From assembly GCA_965602015.1 (NCBI GenBank), contig OZ271918.1, positions 1,344,001 to 1,408,000 of the forward strand: 64,000 nt of DNA. Reading direction: 5' to 3'. Of this stretch, positions 17,475 through 26,843 are shown in pieces. Position numbers and translations under genes: made by a program. The notes below the pieces were generated by a model. That model was not told the origin of the DNA, did not search any database, and saw only the letters and a list, made by a program, of their open reading frames with translations. Source of the stretch: Salinispira sp. (GTDB taxonomy: Bacteria; Spirochaetota; Spirochaetia; DSM-27196; Salinispiraceae). Positions within the stretch are counted from its first letter, which is position 1. Every line of letters starts with the position of its first letter.

Positions 17475-19023
17475 TGCCGATGCCCTGCCAGCGGCCCAAA
17501 AAGCAGGCTTCCATTATGCCTTTGTCGGTGTACAGCTCGGGTTGGGGGTAGAAAATTTCTCCATTATTTACAAAAGCGATTCTGCTTCCCAGAATGAGCG
17601 CCTCATCGAGTTCAGTGCTGATAATCAAAACAGCCGAGCCTTCCCGGGCTTTTTGCCTGATAAGCCGGTAAATTTCCCGGCGCTGCAGGGGGTCCAGCCC
17701 CCATCCGGGGCTGGCAATTATAAGAAGCGGGGGAATCGCAGCGGTCGAATCCGACGGCCGGATTTCCCGCTGCACAATCAGCCGTTGAAGCATTCCACCG
17801 GAGTACTGAGAAGCACCGGCTTCAAGGTCAAGGCCGACATCGGCGAAGCGGGAGAGCACAAGTTCCTTGAACCGCCGGCGGGGGCTGATGGACCGGGAGG
17901 TCATCAGGTTTACCCCCCTCAGGTATATTCCGATATTCTCCCAGGCCTTGGCCCCCAGGGCTACGCCCCGGGTTTTTCTCTGGCTGGGCACGATGCCGCA
18001 GTTTCTCCGTCTCAGGTTTCGGATGTCGCCCAGATCGATTTCTTCGCCGTTCAAAAAACATCTGCCCCGGTAGTCATCGGCCCGGCCCGACAGCAGCCGC
18101 TCCAACTGCTCCAGGCCCTCATCGCGTATGCCGCAGACCGACAATATTTCCCCGGCTTTGATGCGTATATTGATATCACGGAGGCTGCAGAGGTCGGCAA
18201 AATCCCGGCTAAGCGAGTGCAGCTCAAAAACCGGATCCCCCTGGACGCCGGTTGCGGCATTCTGCGGCTCCTGATCATCCTCAAAGAAGGGAAGGGAGTC
18301 CTTGTTTTCCGGGTGAACAAACATTTGCCGGTGGATGTCCTCAAGCGGGGGAAAGTTCTCCCTGCTGTAGCTGGCCACCGCCAAGCCCCGCCTCATGAGG
18401 GTTATTCTCTGAGCATGCGTCAAAGCCTCTGCTATGCGGTGGGTAATAAGCAGTACTGCGGCTCCCTTGGAAACCACCCGGGAGAGGGCGTGGTAAAACA
18501 GCCTGCTCTCGGTTTCAGACAGGACGGCGGTGGGCTCATCGAGAATAAATGTGCGGATATCGTCCCGGCTGAGCAGCACCGCCGCGCAGTAAATATGCAA
18601 TAGGTTACTGCTTATCGAGGCAACGTCATCATGGAGCATTTGGCGGTCGGGTTCGCCGTCCAGCACTGAACTGATTCTTTCGCAGAGGATGTGCCGCCTC
18701 TGATTCCCGCTGGTCCACCGGGGCAGACTCCGGTGCCCCTGGGAATAATAGAGCCAAAGGTACTCCTCAAGACTGGTCTCGGGATAGCTGAGTAAATGCT
18801 GGGGCAGGTAAAGGCTTTGGGGAATTGCAAACTCCCCCTCATCGGCAGTGAGTCTGCCATGGAGAATTTTCGCCAGGGTCGTTTTCCCGGCCCCGTTCTC
18901 TCCCACCAGCAAATGAAGTTCGCCCGGAGCAATATTGAGGCTCACCCCGTCCACCGCAGGGCGCTCGGCCCCGGGGTAGCGGAATGCAATATTGTGTACG
19001 TTTACCGGAGTATCAGTTTTCAC
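17467..19023 (-). CDS. ABC transporter ATP-binding protein (tandem NBD, CUT2 type)
   Basis: GENGAGKT, ILDEPT; second half SGGMLQ, ISTELDE. Confidence 0.85.
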   Translation of the reverse strand: MKTDTPVNVHNIAFRYPGAERPAVDGVSLNIAPGELHLLVGENGAGKTTLAKILHGRLTADEGEFAIPQSLYLPQHLLSYPETSLEEYLWLYYSQGHRSLPRWTSGNQRRHILCERISSVLDGEPDRQMLHDDVASISSNLLHIYCAAVLLSRDDIRTFILDEPTAVLSETESRLFYHALSRVVSKGAAVLLITHRIAEALTHAQRITLMRRGLAVASYSRENFPPLEDIHRQMFVHPENKDSLPFFEDDQEPQNAATGVQGDPVFELHSLSRDFADLCSLRDINIRIKAGEILSVCGIRDEGLEQLERLLSGRADDYRGRCFLNGEEIDLGDIRNLRRRNCGIVPSQRKTRGVALGAKAWENIGIYLRGVNLMTSRSISPRRRFKELVLSRFADVGLDLEAGASQYSGGMLQRLIVQREIRPSDSTAAIPPLLIIASPGWGLDPLQRREIYRLIRQKAREGSAVLIISTELDEALILGSRIAFVNNGEIFYPQPELYTDKGIMEACFLGRWQGIGNA

Positions 19024-20056
19024 TGCCGAGCACTAGGGTCCCGGAACGCACGGCGCCGATGAGTTCATCCATGGCCTGGCGAATGCTTTCAGGAACAAAC
19101 TGCTCGTATTCCGGCTCTTCGGTGGCGTAGCCCACAGCCCCTTCGCGGATGCCCGCATAGCGGGTGCTGCCGTATTCCAGGTTGCCGGCAATTGCCGAGG
19201 AGACGATTTCTGCGGTCAGTCCGTCAATGTTAACCACCGAACTTCCCAGGACGGTTCCCGGCGAATATTCGTAGCCCGGGGAATCATACCAGAGCACATA
19301 GTTTCCGGCGTTTTCCGCAGCGGCAATTACTCCCTGGTTTCCGCTTCCCGCAATGGTCAGAATGACGTCGCCCCCCTGCCGGATAATGGAATCCGCCAGC
19401 TCCCGGGCCCGTTCGGCATCAAACCAATTGCCGAGAACCCGGAACTCAACGCTCGCCGCTTCGCCGGCGGCATCCCGAAAACCCGACTCAAACCCCGGTC
19501 GAATTTCGTTGTTCATCACGGGGTATTCCTGTCCGGCAATAAGGCCGGCGACGAGTTCGGGGTTTGCGCCGTCAAGCTCCGCCGAACTGGTTACCAGCCC
19601 GGCAAAGTATCCCGAAAGATATGCCTGTTCAAACTGATTGAGCATAACCGCTGCAAGATTGCCGATGCCCGGGTTTTCCGCATCCATAACAATAAAGCGC
19701 TGACGGGGAAACAGTTCGGTAATGCCTGCGACCAGGTCCGGTATGGAAGGGTTTGAGCTGACGATGAGATCGTATTCTTCGGTGGCGGCCAGGTTCCTGA
19801 GCTTTTCACCCCATTCTGCCTGGTTAAACCCCGCCTCGAAAACCTTCACTTCGACGGTGCCGCCGTTTGCCGAGGCAGTGTCAGCGGCCTGTCGGACCCC
19901 ATCAACCAGTAGTTCATAGGTGGGGCTGCCGGCGACCTGGCCGGGAATAAACACGCCGATGGAATAGACGCCTGTTTCATCTTCGCCGGAACCTCCGGCG
20001 AAAATACATAGCGACAGCAATAGGGTAAAAACCGTAAATGTAATTCGAGAACGCAT
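19013..20056 (-). CDS. BMP-family (PnrA-like) substrate-binding protein
   Basis: Start MRSRITF with AGGAAGG SD; AYLSGYFAG, GNWFDAERA, GNQGVI.AA. Confidence 0.85.
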   Translation of the reverse strand: MRSRITFTVFTLLLSLCIFAGGSGEDETGVYSIGVFIPGQVAGSPTYELLVDGVRQAADTASANGGTVEVKVFEAGFNQAEWGEKLRNLAATEEYDLIVSSNPSIPDLVAGITELFPRQRFIVMDAENPGIGNLAAVMLNQFEQAYLSGYFAGLVTSSAELDGANPELVAGLIAGQEYPVMNNEIRPGFESGFRDAAGEAASVEFRVLGNWFDAERARELADSIIRQGGDVILTIAGSGNQGVIAAAENAGNYVLWYDSPGYEYSPGTVLGSSVVNIDGLTAEIVSSAIAGNLEYGSTRYAGIREGAVGYATEEPEYEQFVPESIRQAMDELIGAVRSGTLVLGSEN

Positions 20057-20193
20057 GCAGCACCTTCCTGATATATCGTCAATTATAGAGTTAGACACCC
20101 TGCAGGTGTACTGTGAAGATATAAATTTTACGCGCTTATGAAAAGCCGGCACTTCGTGTATAGTGACGGGAGGGCAAATCAATCGCAAACAGG

Positions 20194-21633
20194 ATGCAAA
20201 ACATGAGTGGTAAAACCGTCCTATGCCTCGACTTCGGCACATCATCGGTGAAAGCGGGAATCATCGATTCCGGAGGCGGGCTGTTGTGGACTGGAAATCA
20301 GGTGTTCCCCCGGGTACCCGATTATAATAACTGGGAAACCAATCAATGGCTGTACGCCCTCGAGCAGTTGTTTTCCGATTTGTCCGCTGTCCGCAGAAAT
20401 GGGGAACTTGAGCATCCGGACGCCGTGGTGGTGAGCGGAAACGGGCCGACAATCGCCGTCCTGGGAGAGAATTACGCTGACCGCCGGCTCTTCAGCTGGC
20501 CGGTGCTCCTGTGGATGAAGGCCCCGGATCTACGGGTTGCCGGCCACAAGAGTTTCTATCTGCCCAAGATCAACTGGTACCGAAGCACAGAATCGGACGA
20601 TTTCGCACGGGCCCGGCGTTTTCTATCGGGGCCGGAATATATTTCCTGGGTTCTGAGCGGGGAGGAGTTTACCGTTACGCCTCATGACGAGTTTACCCCC
20701 TTCATCTGGAATGACGAGAGTATTGAAGCTTATGGATTGAATGCCGATCTGTTTCCGCCCTTTGCCTCGGTTGGCCAGGCAGTGGGAAAAATCGATCGCC
20801 GGGGCAGCGAAATCAGCGGATTGCCCGAGGGTCTTCCCCTGTATGCCGGCGGGTCTGATTTCCTCATGAGCTTGCTGGGTACCGGCGTCATTGAACCCGG
20901 ACTGACATGCGACCGGGCGGGGACCAGCGAGGGAATAAACTACTGCAGCGACAAGGCGGTGGAGAACGAATCCCTCAGGACTCTGCCGCATATAATCCCC
21001 GGACGCTACAATGTGGCGGGAATACTCTCCAGCACCGGACGGATGTTCGAGTGGTTCCGCACATTTTCCCACCAGCGCGAAATTTCCTACCATGAAATGA
21101 TGGAGAGAATTGAGGCGGTGAGAAGCAAAGGCCCCTCGCCATACTTTTTTCCCTCGGTTCATCAGGGCAATTCCTGGGATTTCAAAGGCGGCATGTTCGC
21201 CGGACTCCAGCCTGAGCACAGCAGCGCCGACCTCGGCCGCGCGGTGGTTAATGCCATCGGTTACAGTATTCGCAGCGCCCTTGAATATCTTCGCGACAGT
21301 TCCTGTACAGTACATAGTATGAGAAGCTGCGGCGGGCAGGCAAAGAACGCTCTTTGGTGTCAAATGAAGGCTGACATAAGCGGTGTGGCCATCGAGGTTC
21401 CCCTCATAAAGGACGCCGAGCTCAGCGGATGCGCGGCCGTGGGGTTTTACGGCATGGGGGAGTTTTCCTCAATATCCGAAGCCGTCGGCTCCCTGGTTCG
21501 CATAGAGTCCCGATATGAACCGAGGGCTGAAGAGGTTGAGTTCCATCAGCGTAATTTCCTTGCCTGGAAGGAATCCTATGCATACATTCGGGAAGCAGCC
21601 AGGCACCTGCCGCATTTGACGGAGGCACAATAA
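20194..21633 (+). CDS. FGGY-family carbohydrate kinase (xylulokinase-like)
   Basis: LDFGTSSVKA, GGSD, GTS, GGQAKN.LW.Q.KAD. Confidence 0.85.
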   Translation: MQNMSGKTVLCLDFGTSSVKAGIIDSGGGLLWTGNQVFPRVPDYNNWETNQWLYALEQLFSDLSAVRRNGELEHPDAVVVSGNGPTIAVLGENYADRRLFSWPVLLWMKAPDLRVAGHKSFYLPKINWYRSTESDDFARARRFLSGPEYISWVLSGEEFTVTPHDEFTPFIWNDESIEAYGLNADLFPPFASVGQAVGKIDRRGSEISGLPEGLPLYAGGSDFLMSLLGTGVIEPGLTCDRAGTSEGINYCSDKAVENESLRTLPHIIPGRYNVAGILSSTGRMFEWFRTFSHQREISYHEMMERIEAVRSKGPSPYFFPSVHQGNSWDFKGGMFAGLQPEHSSADLGRAVVNAIGYSIRSALEYLRDSSCTVHSMRSCGGQAKNALWCQMKADISGVAIEVPLIKDAELSGCAAVGFYGMGEFSSISEAVGSLVRIESRYEPRAEEVEFHQRNFLAWKESYAYIREAARHLPHLTEAQ

Positions 21634-22010
21634 TGTTCTTTTTTTGGTCTTTCCCCTTTTACATTTTCGTCCCGTTTATCCTGTTTTCCATTATTTTCCG
21701 GGTGATGAGGCATATCAATATCCGCCAGCTGGAAGAAAGGCGAACGGACCGCTCTCATCTTCCAAAAGTCCTTCGCCGGGGCAATGTATCCTCCGAAAGC
21801 AGCAGCGATGACTTTGAAGTCTATGTCTACCGCCTCGCAGCCAAGTACAAAGGCCGCTTGACTCCGGCAAAAATTGTCGTCGATTCGGGACTTCCGATGA
21901 AAGAAGTAGAGAAGCGAATGAGTGCCCTGGTTGATAATCTGCATGTGCGCATGGAAGTCAGTGATGAAGGCTTGATTTACTACGATTTCCCCGAACTCGA
22001 GGGGCAATAA
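21633..22010 (+). CDS. Hypothetical membrane-anchored protein
   Basis: N-terminal TM segment; C-terminal G.I.YDFPE motif; coupled to the kinase gene. Confidence 0.6.
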   Translation: MFFFWSFPFYIFVPFILFSIIFRVMRHINIRQLEERRTDRSHLPKVLRRGNVSSESSSDDFEVYVYRLAAKYKGRLTPAKIVVDSGLPMKEVEKRMSALVDNLHVRMEVSDEGLIYYDFPELEGQ

Positions 22011-22036
22011 CGCGGAGTATGCATTAGCATGTAGCT

Positions 22037-22723
22037 ATGGGCAGAAAACCTCTCAGCGAATCACAGCGACAGGAAAAAATACGCAACTTATGTAATTCCG
22101 CTTTGGCATTGCTCGCAGACGCCCACTACGACGACCTCAAGGTTTCCGATATCGCCCACAATGCGGGTGTGGCGAAGGGAACAGTGTTTCTCTATTTTTC
22201 AAGCAAAGAAGAGCTGTTTCTCGAGGCCGCCCGACTCGAATTGTATCAGTGGTTCAGTGATTTGTCTGACGGTCTGAAGCCCCTCTTAGAGAGGGACCAA
22301 ACCCATGATGTCGAAAGCTTCCTGAGGATTCTCGCTCAGGTTACCGGTAATCACGTTATTCTCAGCAGGCTCATGAGAGATACGGTTAGCCGGTTTTTTC
22401 ACGGAGCCGGCGAAAAAGCCCGGTACCGGTATTTTTCAAGTTTTACCGCCCTGGTTGATTCCGGCGGACAGCTGATAGAGGAGTTTTTTCCCTATCTCGA
22501 ACGTCGGAAAGGCCAGGGGATCTTTTCCCGGATTCTCGCAGCCCTCGAACTCATATCCGGTTACGGGGTGCTGTGGGGTGAGTACGTCCGCCAGACCGGC
22601 ATGGAAACCGAGGACGCCCTTATCAGTGAATCCCCCGCAAGAAAAGAAGAGGGAATCCTGCCTGCTTCTGATTTTTTTATTCACAGCATCCGACGAATTC
22701 TCAAGGGTTACTCCATCCAATAA
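22037..22723 (+). CDS. TetR/AcrR family regulator
   Basis: VSDIAHNAGVAKGTVFLYFSSKEELF HTH. Confidence 0.9.
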   Translation: MGRKPLSESQRQEKIRNLCNSALALLADAHYDDLKVSDIAHNAGVAKGTVFLYFSSKEELFLEAARLELYQWFSDLSDGLKPLLERDQTHDVESFLRILAQVTGNHVILSRLMRDTVSRFFHGAGEKARYRYFSSFTALVDSGGQLIEEFFPYLERRKGQGIFSRILAALELISGYGVLWGEYVRQTGMETEDALISESPARKEEGILPASDFFIHSIRRILKGYSIQ

Positions 22724-22745
22724 GCCCGAGTAAAGAGAAAAATTG

Positions 22746-22896
22746 GTACTGCCCCCAAAACAGCTGATTTTACTCTAATAAATCATTATGTGAGAACGAC
22801 TAGGTTGGACTTGGGCGATGCTTGTAGTGAAACGCGGGTAAATCGTCTTCCACCAACGGATAAGATGATTTAAATCAGCTGTTTTGGGGGCAGTAC
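22746..22896. mobile_element. MITE (non-autonomous element), 151 bp
   Basis: Perfect 25-bp TIR gtactgcccccaaaacagctgattt; same core as the IS ends at 48639/49890; no ORF. Confidence 0.9.
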
Positions 22897-22899
22897 ACA

Positions 22900-23259
22900 T
22901 CAAATCTGAAATAGCCGGTCTACGGCGATCAGAACCCGACCCGGATCAAAGGGTTTGACGATAAAGTCCTTGGCCCCGATTCCCAGGGCATTAAACACCA
23001 TGCGTTTTTGGCCCACCGCCGATACGATTATAACCCGCGCTATGGGATCAAAATCCATCAGACGCTCAAGCACCTCAATCCCGTTTAGCTTCGGCATGGT
23101 GATGTCCAGGGTGACAAAATCAGGCGCGGAACTCTTGTAGAGATCAATGGCCTGTTCGCCGTTTTCCGCCTCGGCTATTACCTGGTAACGGGGTTCAAGA
23201 ATATCCTTTAATCTCATCCGCATTACGGCGGCATCGTCCACGATCAGTACGCTTCTCAT
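22900..23259 (-). CDS. cheY: CheY-like response regulator
   Basis: LIVDD, LDITMP..NG, SA, FIVKPF. Confidence 0.85.
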   Translation of the reverse strand: MRSVLIVDDAAVMRMRLKDILEPRYQVIAEAENGEQAIDLYKSSAPDFVTLDITMPKLNGIEVLERLMDFDPIARVIIVSAVGQKRMVFNALGIGAKDFIVKPFDPGRVLIAVDRLFQI

Positions 23260-23262
23260 TGA

Positions 23263-23739
23263 TTATTTCCCGTCTGAATTTTCGGCCAGAGCGATATTAA
23301 TTTCCATAGTTCCCAGCTGAGAAATGAAATTCAAACTGATCGTCGGAAGATTTAAAAAATCGATTCGCAGGGCTGGACCGGAAAACACCGTGGGCGGGGT
23401 TATGTTTATGAGCTTGTCCTCCCCGGCAAGCTCAATGGACGCCATACCGGTAATCATGTTTGCAATCTCGCTCACTGCGCTGTGAGTGAGCTTTCGCACC
23501 TCCGCCGGCACCTTGCCGGGGAGCATGGCGCGGCACACCGCCTCGGCGAAGTTGGCGTCCATGGAGTATACCACCTGTCCCTTCAGCGGCCCGGTTACCC
23601 CGATAATTATGGACATATCCTGACTGGGCATGGGGCTGGTCCGTTTAGTCAGGCCTTTACGAGCCAGCTCGACACCCACTTCCTTGCGAAAAACCTTCAC
23701 CGCCGATGTGATAAACGGATTTGCGTACTCTGCTTTCAT
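23263..23739 (-). CDS. cheX: Chemotaxis phosphatase CheX
   Basis: NPFI, IIGVTG...G, EIANMITG (ExxN), ITPP. Confidence 0.9.
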   Translation of the reverse strand: MKAEYANPFITSAVKVFRKEVGVELARKGLTKRTSPMPSQDMSIIIGVTGPLKGQVVYSMDANFAEAVCRAMLPGKVPAEVRKLTHSAVSEIANMITGMASIELAGEDKLINITPPTVFSGPALRIDFLNLPTISLNFISQLGTMEINIALAENSDGK

Positions 23740-25394
23740 GAATCCTCATCCTTGTAGGGTATTCGAATGGTAAACACCGTGCCCTTGGTGTCCTGGGTTT
23801 TGACGCTGATGGTTCCGCCGAGTTTTTTAACCGCAGCCTTCACCGCTGATAATCCCACTCCCCGGCCGGATATGCTGTCTGCACTTTCGGAAGTGCTGAA
23901 CCCGCTGCGAAAGAGAAGCTTAATGAGTTCGCCCCGACTGGCATTGTTGCCGTCGCTCAAGAGTCCCCGGGAAATGGCTCTCTGGGCAACCTTTGAGTAA
24001 TCGATTCCCCGCCCGTCGTCGGCGAAGCGTATGCTGATGTCCCTGTTTTGATGGGAAATCCTGATATTCACCGAGCCTGCTTCGGCTTTACCTAGTTCGG
24101 CGCGCTCCCACGGGGCCTCGATTCCGTGGTCGATCATGTTTCGGATTAAGTGAACCGATGTTCCGGAAAGTTCCCGGTACCGGTCGGGCAATACGGGGAA
24201 ATCGCCCCCCTCAATCTCAACTTCTTCAAGCCGTTTTCCCAGCCGGGCTGCGATACCCCTGGCGAGATGGGGATATTGGCTGAACAGGCTGCGGAATGGA
24301 ACCTTGTAAAAACCGCGCAACGAACTCGTGAGTTTTTCATCACCCTTATAGTGGTCTTCTATGTAGCGCAGAAGCTGCTGAAATTGACGGCGGGGTACCC
24401 GCACCGCATCCACACCCTGCAGCCAGTCCTCTCCGAGGGTATCGACAATTTTCCGCAGTTCCTGGAAGTAAATTCTCTTAAGCGCCAATCCCTGTCCCCG
24501 GAAATCCACCGGCTCTTCAAGACTGAGCATATCTCCGATGTAGGTTTCAAGTTCATCTACAAGTTCATGGGTGTTGGAAAAATGAAAGAATGAGCAGTTC
24601 CCCTTAAAGGTATGAAGGTGGCGTTGGAGCTTTTGAATGCGGGGTATCTCCTGGCTTCCGCTGGCGATAATAGAATCGAGCTGGAAAAACAGCTCCTCGG
24701 CATCCCGGAGCAGATCCCGGAAATAGTTTTGATGGCTGACTGCGGTGAACACCATTTCCTTATTTCGCTCCTCCTGAACGAGTTGAAGAGAGAGGGACTT
24801 GCTTTCAGTGATATCCGTCAGACCGACCAGTATCCTGTCCGGAGGGATGAATCGGTACACAATCTGTGAAAGCCGGCCGTTGATCAGCCGCTCGCTCTCA
24901 AAGAGGTCGAAAACAACCTGGGGCTGGGCTTTTTGATCGAATAACAGCTGTATTCCCTGAGCGAAATCTTCCCGGTCGTCGGGCTGCTCAAAAAGCAGCC
25001 TACGCACATCTTCACCGGCGATCTCCTTGCCGAAGAATTCCCGGCATACCGTAGAGTGTTCCGGGAGCACCAAAAAGCTGCTGTCGAAAGTGAATACCGC
25101 CTGACCACTGATATCCAGCATACTCCGTATTGATGAGGTTCTCTGGGTAACCGCAAACTCCAATTCGGCATTGGCCTCTTTGAGAAGGTCCCTGTTCCTC
25201 CCGATGAAGAAGCCGCCGGCGGCCATTACTAACGGCGCAGACGAAATAATCACCAGCAGGCTGACGGGTCCTGCGGAAAAGGCATAGGTGATGAGGAACC
25301 CCGATAGGGGGAACAGAAGGCCGAGGAGAAATCCGGTGAAGCTGTAGCGCAGGCTGTCGGTACGTGTTTTTTGCATTCGCTCGCTGTTTTTCAT
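23736..25394 (-). CDS. Membrane-anchored CheA-like histidine kinase (2 TM-PAS-like-Hpt-HATPase, no CheW/P5 domain)
   Basis: LHTFKG Hpt, HLIRNMIDHGIE, DDGRG, SGFST, SGRGVGL; ends right after the HATPase domain. Confidence 0.8.
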   Translation of the reverse strand: MKNSERMQKTRTDSLRYSFTGFLLGLLFPLSGFLITYAFSAGPVSLLVIISSAPLVMAAGGFFIGRNRDLLKEANAELEFAVTQRTSSIRSMLDISGQAVFTFDSSFLVLPEHSTVCREFFGKEIAGEDVRRLLFEQPDDREDFAQGIQLLFDQKAQPQVVFDLFESERLINGRLSQIVYRFIPPDRILVGLTDITESKSLSLQLVQEERNKEMVFTAVSHQNYFRDLLRDAEELFFQLDSIIASGSQEIPRIQKLQRHLHTFKGNCSFFHFSNTHELVDELETYIGDMLSLEEPVDFRGQGLALKRIYFQELRKIVDTLGEDWLQGVDAVRVPRRQFQQLLRYIEDHYKGDEKLTSSLRGFYKVPFRSLFSQYPHLARGIAARLGKRLEEVEIEGGDFPVLPDRYRELSGTSVHLIRNMIDHGIEAPWERAELGKAEAGSVNIRISHQNRDISIRFADDGRGIDYSKVAQRAISRGLLSDGNNASRGELIKLLFRSGFSTSESADSISGRGVGLSAVKAAVKKLGGTISVKTQDTKGTVFTIRIPYKDEDS

Positions 25395-25486
25395 GTTATA
25401 GAGTTTTTATAGCTGCGTCAAATTCCTCTTTGCTTTTTATTCTCACGCGCCTTGATATAGTCGGCGAGCCCACTTACTATCAGCAC

Positions 25487-26350
25487 ATGTTTCGTCGAAT
25501 AGGATATATGCTGGCCGCAAGCCTGAGCTTTGCGATAATGGGCGTCTTTGTCAGATCGGCAGCCGAAACCCATCTGATTTGGAAGGTGTTCTTCCGCAAT
25601 GCCATCGTACTGGTAATTATCGTTCTCAGCATGCCTGTTGCGCAATGGGGGATTTTGGTCGGGAACCGGGGAAACCGTCTGGCCCTGTCTGCCCGGGGTA
25701 TTTCGGGCACCCTGGGCGTTCTGGGATACTTTATCGGCATCCAGTATCTGCCCCTTGCCAACGCATCCATCCTCAACAGACTCAATCCGTTCTTCGTGGC
25801 GGGCTTCGCAGCCCTCTTCCTCGGACAAAAACTCAAAACCGCTCAGGTTGTATCCCTTTTATTGGCATTTGCCGGCGCGGTGCTGGTTGTCGGACCGGGA
25901 TCCGGTTTTCCCCTGCTGCCCACCGCCGCGGCCCTGTCCTCCGCCCTGTTCGCCGGGCTGGCCTATACAATAATCAGGTATATCGGTGAGCGGGAGGACC
26001 CTCGTACAATCATGGCCTATTTCGCGTTTATGAGTTTACTGTCCACCCTGCCGCTTATTATTCTGTGGGGCGCGGAAATCCGTCTGGTTGAACTGCCGTA
26101 TCTTTTGGGAATAGGAGTATTTGCGGCCTCAGGTCAGGGATTGCTGACCCTCGCTTACCGCGGCGGGCATGCGGCAACGGTTTCCGCCTTCGGGTATTCC
26201 AATGCGGTTTTTGCAGGCATCCTCGGATTTTTACTGTATGCTGAAAAGGGCAGCCCCGCCTTTTACATCGGCGCGGCCATTATTTTGTTCAGTCTGTTGA
26301 TTCTGTACCGGCAGAACAGTCATATCCGGAAAGGAGGCAAACGTGCCTGA
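25487..26350 (+). CDS. DMT/EamA family transporter
   Basis: About 10 TM segments; LPLANAS.L....PFF. Start MFRRIG after TTGATA-N17-TACTAT. Confidence 0.85.
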   Translation: MFRRIGYMLAASLSFAIMGVFVRSAAETHLIWKVFFRNAIVLVIIVLSMPVAQWGILVGNRGNRLALSARGISGTLGVLGYFIGIQYLPLANASILNRLNPFFVAGFAALFLGQKLKTAQVVSLLLAFAGAVLVVGPGSGFPLLPTAAALSSALFAGLAYTIIRYIGEREDPRTIMAYFAFMSLLSTLPLIILWGAEIRLVELPYLLGIGVFAASGQGLLTLAYRGGHAATVSAFGYSNAVFAGILGFLLYAEKGSPAFYIGAAIILFSLLILYRQNSHIRKGGKRA

Positions 26351-26843
26351 CAGGGATGAGAAAATACGAATTATCATTACCGGCGGGACCTTCGATAAGG
26401 AATATGATGCGATTAAGGGCGAACTGAGCTTCATCGACAGTCATCTCCCGGACATCATTAAAACCGTCCGCTGCACCCTTCCCATATCCCTGGAGATTAA
26501 TCAGTTGAGGGACAGCCTCGATATGAGCGACGATGACCGGAAAAGTATTGCCGAAAGCTGTCGGAATGCCGCTGAGACAAAAATCCTGATTACCCACGGC
26601 ACAGACACCATGACCCAAACAGCAGAACTCCTGGCCGCCCTCGGCTTACAAAAAACAATTATGCTAACCGGGGCAATGGTCCCATATTCCGTACGAGGCT
26701 CGGATGCCCTGTTCAACCTGGGAACTGCCGTCGCCGCCGTCGAGCTGCTCCCCGCTGGGGTCTACATCGCCATGAACGGGCGAATCTTCCCGGCGGGTTC
26801 GGTCGTCAAGGACAGGAGCAGGGGCGTCTTCATCGATAGGTGA
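26343..26843 (+). CDS. Short L-asparaginase-domain protein
   Basis: TGGTFDK, HGTDTM, LTGAM, DALFNLG. Confidence 0.9.
   Translation: MPDRDEKIRIIITGGTFDKEYDAIKGELSFIDSHLPDIIKTVRCTLPISLEINQLRDSLDMSDDDRKSIAESCRNAAETKILITHGTDTMTQTAELLAALGLQKTIMLTGAMVPYSVRGSDALFNLGTAVAAVELLPAGVYIAMNGRIFPAGSVVKDRSRGVFIDR

Noticed and set aside
17356..18603. 415-aa plus-strand ORF
   Set aside because: Antisense shadow of the ABC ATPase; no motifs.
20057..20245. N-terminal extension of the BMP ORF
   Set aside because: Overlaps the divergent kinase start; the SD and signal peptide point to 20056.
22747..22895. TA target duplication implying IS630/mariner
   Set aside because: The TA is part of the longer inverted repeat, the IS copy has AA/TA flanks, and the transposase does not look IS630-like.
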